Below are positions 59,091 through 64,000 of a stretch of 64,000 bases of DNA, piece after piece; position 1 is the first letter of the stretch; each line of letters starts with the position of its first letter. Origin of the DNA: a virus; the IMG/VR virus record IMGVR_UViG_3300035703_000016, positions 32,001 to 96,000 of that record. One strand, 5' to 3'. The notes beneath the pieces are model-generated. The model had not been told where the DNA came from and searched no databases. It saw only the letters and a list, made by a program, of their open reading frames with translations. A program made the translations under genes and the position numbers.

Positions 59091-59446
59091 TAGCTCATCA
59101 TTTGATTGAAAGTCTTAAAATTGAATTTAGAGTGCATCATCAAATTGTCATTATCTTTGAATTGATATAAATTTGCTCCATCTTTAGTAAATTCAATTTC
59201 TATTTTTGTTCTATTTTTAGGATAATAAACCATTCCGCCAGTTGTTATTTTAGTTGGATATAGATTATAGTTGACTTTTGCATATTTCCAAATATCGTTA
59301 ATTATCTTAGGAAGTCCTTGATATTCAACAAATTGAGCTATTACTGAACCATCCATTAATTGATCTTTATCGACTATGTATGATTCTTGATACTCTGTAT
59401 TAGGCTTCCAACCAATCTCTTTTAATATGTCTGCTAATTTTATCAT
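59090..59446 (-). CDS. MIKL-leader protein, putative internal head protein
   Basis: Starts MIKLADILKE. Confidence 0.55.
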   Translation of the reverse strand: MIKLADILKEIGWKPNTEYQESYIVDKDQLMDGSVIAQFVEYQGLPKIINDIWKYAKVNYNLYPTKITTGGMVYYPKNRTKIEIEFTKDGANLYQFKDNDNLMMHSKFNFKTFNQMMS

Positions 59447-59462
59447 TACTTTTTTATAATTA

Positions 59463-62108
59463 TTATCTTATTAGAGTTACGTCTCCTTTTTCTATGTGTT
59501 GTTCTCCTTCGCATTCATATATTATTACCCAATAATATACTCCAACTTCTTGAATGATTCCTTTATAAGTTCCATCCCATCCTTTTGAAGCTAGTAATTT
59601 AGATGTGTAAACTTCTTGACCCCAACGATTAAATATACTAAATTGATGAATTTTAAATCTATCTCCAATTGGTCTGAACAAATCATTTAATCCGTCACCA
59701 TTAGGAGTAAAAGCAAGAGGTACATTAAATTTACAACACGATTTTGGGTCTATTTTAACTGAGTCCATACTAACGCATCCATGAGAAGACATAGCGTATA
59801 AAATTGCAGTTCTACTAGCGTCTATATATCCTTGAATATATGTCTGACTTGTTAAATCCTGATTATAAAAATAGTATATAGGTAACCATCTATAAACAAT
59901 ATTCTGTTTTGGATTTAGAGGAGAAAAGTTAATTTTATCTCCTATACACACTTCTTCATTAAATTCTGATATTCTAGCATCTGGATAATCTTGTACTTCA
60001 ATTAATTTAGAAAAAGTATCAGAATAGCAATACGTGTTTTTTACAACTAATTTAATATTATATTTTCCTGTATCTGGGTAGTGAAATGTATAAATGCCTT
60101 GAGCATATTCTGGAATATCTGCTAATAATGTGCTATCAAAATTCCAATAATACTCGATAACATTATTTTTTTGATTAGTCGCTAAAATACTAACAGTGTC
60201 TCCTTTACATATCTTACTTTTAGGATACTCGTCTATTTGCACTTCTGGTATTTTAATTACTTTTAAATTTAATGTAGATACTGAATCACATCCGTATTGA
60301 TTTATAAATTTTCTAGAGTAAACTCCTTCTTTATTATAGGAAATTCCTGCAAAATGAATAGTATCTCCAGAACATATAGAGTCATTTATAGTAGTTGACT
60401 GAGTTGGCAATATGGTGACTATTATTCTTATTGTAGAATCGCATCCATTAGTTGTATAAAATTTTACAGGATATATGCCCTCCGTATTATAAGCTATTCC
60501 ATCAAAAATATACTCCTCTCCTGGACATATCGATATTGGTTTGTTTATTGTATAAGTGGGGTTTACTATAACATTTATAGGAAGTCTAAATGATTCGCAT
60601 CCTGCAATAGTTTGAGTTACCCACCAAGTATATAACCCAGGAGTAGTCGTATTTGGAATAGGGGAGATTGTTGAGCCCACGCCTCCAGTTAAGCTAGTAT
60701 ACCACTTTAAAATGCCAATTCCTGCTACTCCAGAGCTCAATGGGGCAGCTATTTCATTTTGGCAATACATTGTATCGCTAACTACTGGATTTGCTGCTAA
60801 AATGGGAATTACAGTTAAAAGAAATTTTTTATTTAGTTTTCTACATCTTGTAGTATCTACTCCTGTAATTGTATAAGTTGTAATTGCTGAAATAGAAGAT
60901 AGTGTCAAAATAGTGCTCACTCCAGTAGTAGAAGAGAGACCTATACCAGGAGACCATGTCCATTTGCTCCAACTCCAATTTTTATCTGACGCGTTTTTAA
61001 TTTCTAAATTTACTAATCCTGATGATGATATGCATGTTGTTATCGTATCTACTGAATCAACTTCACTTCCATTTACTATCATTGTAGGTTCTGGAAATGC
61101 TGTATCTAAGGCGCCTTGCATAGAAGTAGATCCATTATAGATATATGCATAAGAAAATGTTGTACTATCTCCAGGAAGAATATTACATAGATTATATACA
61201 AGTCCTATTGCTATATCCGACGTTGCTCCAGTATTTACTCCATAATAAGATGTTCCTATTCCTGTTGCTGTTCCAGACCACATTGACACATATGTTACAG
61301 TCGTCGCTAATGGCCATGAATTGTAAACCATACATTTTGCTCTGTCATCTTTTGTCCCAAGTGATATTGAAGCAGCAGGAGATCCAGTAGAAGACGTTCC
61401 TCCAGTAGCTGTTGAAGACACCATTACTCTATGATAAAAATCATTTTGAAATCTTACTGTATTAATTGTAGAAAAAGATCCTCCCCAAGGTACGCTTTGA
61501 TCAGGATCGCATGATCTCATATAATATACATTATTCAACGTAGTAGTGCCAGTATTATATAATCTAACACTAATTACTAAAGCAGACGAAAGCGTGTCTA
61601 CTCTATACTCTTTTCTTATTTGTAACTGCCCTCCTAAAAAAGATCCAGACCAATCTCCTGTTATTTTTCCACTAGAATTTAAATAAGAAATCCAATTACC
61701 TGTAGCTGGAACTAATCCTCCTGATAAATTACAATTTGAAGAATACGCCCATTCTCTAATTCCACTAATTTCTATTCCCCATCCTTCCCAAGGAGATCCT
61801 GGAAGAGTATAGTCTCCCATATAATTAGGAGTACCTATAGTCCATCCATCTAATCCAAAATCATATACAGATGCTAATAGACTAGAAGATGAACCTCCAC
61901 ATAAAAAAACTGGACCACCGGTTCTCGGATGATATCCAGCCGGAGCAGCTACTCCTGATCCTAAAGACGCATTTGCTTGTGCTCCGATTTCTAAATATTT
62001 TCCTTGAAGAAATAGATTACCAGACACGATCTGTGAATTTGATTTTAAAACGCTAAATATAAGCGTTAGCACTACTAGAATTGCAAATTTTAAATTTTTC
62101 ATAATCAA
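59463..62108 (-). CDS. secreted Ig/PKD-repeat protein with T9SS type-B (gliding-motility-associated) C-terminal domain
   Basis: Signal peptide ending ...SNS|Q; GCDS repeats; C-terminal AFTPNGDGLND, IFNRWG, WDG, GVYY, KGDVTLIR. Confidence 0.88.
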   Translation of the reverse strand: MIMKNLKFAILVVLTLIFSVLKSNSQIVSGNLFLQGKYLEIGAQANASLGSGVAAPAGYHPRTGGPVFLCGGSSSSLLASVYDFGLDGWTIGTPNYMGDYTLPGSPWEGWGIEISGIREWAYSSNCNLSGGLVPATGNWISYLNSSGKITGDWSGSFLGGQLQIRKEYRVDTLSSALVISVRLYNTGTTTLNNVYYMRSCDPDQSVPWGGSFSTINTVRFQNDFYHRVMVSSTATGGTSSTGSPAASISLGTKDDRAKCMVYNSWPLATTVTYVSMWSGTATGIGTSYYGVNTGATSDIAIGLVYNLCNILPGDSTTFSYAYIYNGSTSMQGALDTAFPEPTMIVNGSEVDSVDTITTCISSSGLVNLEIKNASDKNWSWSKWTWSPGIGLSSTTGVSTILTLSSISAITTYTITGVDTTRCRKLNKKFLLTVIPILAANPVVSDTMYCQNEIAAPLSSGVAGIGILKWYTSLTGGVGSTISPIPNTTTPGLYTWWVTQTIAGCESFRLPINVIVNPTYTINKPISICPGEEYIFDGIAYNTEGIYPVKFYTTNGCDSTIRIIVTILPTQSTTINDSICSGDTIHFAGISYNKEGVYSRKFINQYGCDSVSTLNLKVIKIPEVQIDEYPKSKICKGDTVSILATNQKNNVIEYYWNFDSTLLADIPEYAQGIYTFHYPDTGKYNIKLVVKNTYCYSDTFSKLIEVQDYPDARISEFNEEVCIGDKINFSPLNPKQNIVYRWLPIYYFYNQDLTSQTYIQGYIDASRTAILYAMSSHGCVSMDSVKIDPKSCCKFNVPLAFTPNGDGLNDLFRPIGDRFKIHQFSIFNRWGQEVYTSKLLASKGWDGTYKGIIQEVGVYYWVIIYECEGEQHIEKGDVTLIR

Positions 62109-62113
62109 TTATT

Positions 62114-62446
62114 TTAATTAGATGATACTTCACTTACATACTGAGCGACACTGTTCATATAATCACTAGCTAATGTGATATAAGCAGATACCCATCCAGG
62201 TAACTCAGTTCCTTCTTCTATAATATTATAAATTTTTGAAGAATTAGATATTAAACTTTTGAGTTCTCCTTTTGCCATAGTGGCTTCATGATCTTGAGAA
62301 GGTTGTCCAAATACTTCTTCTGACACGTCCTGCATTTGTAAAGAAGGCAACATTGAAGTTATTCTTTTTTCATTTCCATAAGATATTTCTGGAGTTTCAT
62401 TTGAATTTGGAGTAAATTGCTCAACTAGAGACAGTAATTTTATCAT
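62114..62446 (-). CDS. MIKL-leader protein, putative internal head protein
   Basis: Starts MIKLLSLVE; DHE..MA and LPGWV..YIT.A.DY motifs. Confidence 0.55.
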   Translation of the reverse strand: MIKLLSLVEQFTPNSNETPEISYGNEKRITSMLPSLQMQDVSEEVFGQPSQDHEATMAKGELKSLISNSSKIYNIIEEGTELPGWVSAYITLASDYMNSVAQYVSEVSSN

Positions 62447-62447
62447 T

Positions 62448-63407
62448 TTAGATCATTTTTGCATAATTAAATAACTGTGTAGGATAAATTCCAAATCTTG
62501 CATCTTTTACTCCTTGTTGATTTACAGATTTCCTATATGATACTCCTAAAATTGGTTTGTATTTATCTGGAGGAACTTCTGGATATGTCCAAACTATTTG
62601 CTTATTTGATTGAGCTTTTATCTCATATAAAGTATTGCTTACTTTTACAAGAGTCATTGCTCCAACCACAACTAATTGAACTTTATTTAATCCAAAATTC
62701 TCATCTTTACCGTAAACAGCTTTTACCATTAATTCTTCATCAGATATTTCAGATTTATAAGCAGTCTTTGGTTGCATTTGTCCTTGAGTAAGTTTATTTA
62801 CTTTTTTTATAAATTTACTTACATCCGCATAATCCAATAAAGATGCAACTCCACTATATTGCTGATACTTATCATAATCTTTGTGAGATATAAAAATTAC
62901 GTCTTCTCCTTTATCATTTTTAAGAATAAAGTCAGCCTTTGGATTAGCTGTTGGTTTCCCTCCAGAAACTATGTTTTTATAAATTTTTCCAGCTATTCTA
63001 ATATTTACACTTCCTCCAGCTTCTTTGATTTGATTTAAAAATTCTGATAATGTTCTATCTTCTATCCCCATCCCCCTAGCAATCTCTTGACCGCCAAAAT
63101 CAGAAGTTTTCTCTAATTTTCCAAGTAAATAAGATTCTCCATTTTTATCAAAAAACGGAATTTTTAATAAACTTTTATAGTCTTTATCCGTTAATTTTTG
63201 AATAAAATCTTTACTTTTTATTTTATCGACTACTATGTCATCTCCGCTAGTCAGTCTTAATGACTTATTTGAATTTATTAAACTTAGTAGAACTTCTCCT
63301 CTATCAGATAAATTTTTTACTTTTGTATCTTTTGCTAATGTCCTTGGAGTTAAATTTCCCTTTTCATTAAGCTGAATACTATTATATATTTCAATTAGCT
63401 TTATCAT
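62448..63407 (-). CDS. MIKL-leader restriction-endonuclease-like protein
   Basis: Leader MIKLIEIYNSIQLNE; E...PKADF...ISHK...QQYSG nuclease-like pattern; ATATTTAT at 63420-63427. Confidence 0.55.
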   Translation of the reverse strand: MIKLIEIYNSIQLNEKGNLTPRTLAKDTKVKNLSDRGEVLLSLINSNKSLRLTSGDDIVVDKIKSKDFIQKLTDKDYKSLLKIPFFDKNGESYLLGKLEKTSDFGGQEIARGMGIEDRTLSEFLNQIKEAGGSVNIRIAGKIYKNIVSGGKPTANPKADFILKNDKGEDVIFISHKDYDKYQQYSGVASLLDYADVSKFIKKVNKLTQGQMQPKTAYKSEISDEELMVKAVYGKDENFGLNKVQLVVVGAMTLVKVSNTLYEIKAQSNKQIVWTYPEVPPDKYKPILGVSYRKSVNQQGVKDARFGIYPTQLFNYAKMI

Positions 63408-63428
63408 TTTTATTTTTATATAAATATT

Positions 63429-64000
63429 TTATTTTAAAATAGAGTAATACTGATTAAAATGTTTTATTCTATCATTAATTCCAATTATTCCACCATTAAC
63501 TCTTTTAGTAATTTTTGTTATAGTATCTGTAGTAGATCCTTCATCAGCAATCTTATGAAGTCCATTTATTGTAAAAAACCACGCAGCGGATGCAAGAGGG
63601 TACTTAGTAGAAACCAGATCTGGATTGGACACACAGTCTTCATTGATGGATTCAGAAAATGCTCTATAATTGTTTTTACCTGTTAATTGGATAAAGCCCC
63701 TTCCTCTATATTTATATCCGTCTCCAGAATTTTCAGGACCATTTCCCATTCTACCTCCATAAACCAAATTTGCTATTTTTTCTGGTTTTCTTTCATACTG
63801 AATTGCCTTTTCTACTGTAGGAAAATATTTTTTAAAAGTCGTAAGTAGTCCTTTTGTATTATAGTTCAGATTTTCATTTAAAGATTTAAATCCTCCAGAT
63901 TCATGACCAGCTTGGGCTAAAAAATGAGAGAGTCTTAAAGGAGTATTTATCTCGAATTTTTCAATCACGTTTGGAAGCATTTTAATTACAGAGTCTGGAA
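63429..64000 (-). CDS. glycoside hydrolase family 19 endolysin (5' end outside the window)
   Basis: HFLAQ..HESG, ENLNY, YRGRGFIQLTG, SAAWF, TKRVNGG; the frame stays open to the window edge. Confidence 0.9.
   Translation of the reverse strand, partial: PDSVIKMLPNVIEKFEINTPLRLSHFLAQAGHESGGFKSLNENLNYNTKGLLTTFKKYFPTVEKAIQYERKPEKIANLVYGGRMGNGPENSGDGYKYRGRGFIQLTGKNNYRAFSESINEDCVSNPDLVSTKYPLASAAWFFTINGLHKIADEGSTTDTITKITKRVNGGIIGINDRIKHFNQYYSILK

Noticed and set aside
1109-63686. All plus-strand ORFs in the track (e.g. 6682-7167, 7372-7923, 19675-19950, 30507-30860)
   Set aside because: They are antisense shadows of well-supported minus-strand genes, with no recognisable motifs
1-64000. Stop-codon reassignment
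   Set aside because: Core genes are intact under the standard code, and TAG and TAA both terminate genes at expected positions

Overview
The window is a 64-kb stretch of a large, very AT-rich T4-like myophage genome. Every credible gene is on the minus strand and the standard genetic code gives long open ORFs. The host is most likely Bacteroidota, inferred from a type IX secretion (T9SS) type-B cargo gene, a class Id-like ribonucleotide reductase and TAnnTTT(G/A)-like promoters. In transcription order (right to left) the window holds: GH19 endolysin; a cluster of proteins with a shared N-terminal 'MIKL...E' leader plus the T9SS-cargo protein; terminase; portal (HNH intein); prohead protease (LAGLIDADG intein); scaffold; major capsid protein; a free-standing homing endonuclease; PhoH; neck, tail fibre, sheath, tube, chaperone, tape-measure and baseplate genes; a short atypical family A polymerase; SSB, RecA/UvsX, 5'-3' exonuclease, DnaB, NrdB/NrdA and a full PolA; GroES/GroEL; and a nucleotide-modification operon. 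The strongest leads are: (1) a thymidylate-synthase-family enzyme with the dCMP-type Asp fused to an aGPT-PPlase/amino-acid:DNA-transferase-like domain, suggesting DNA hypermodification; (2) a family of capsid-targeting leaders on unrelated cargo, including a nuclease and a repeat-delimited polyprotein; (3) a PolA paralogue lacking the steric-gate Glu; (4) a kissing-loop RNA between ssb and recA; (5) a +1 tail-chaperone frameshift; (6) a late-promoter-like motif ATATTTAT; (7) (S/T)GS enrichment in virion-surface proteins. All calls come from reading motifs by eye; no database searches were run.
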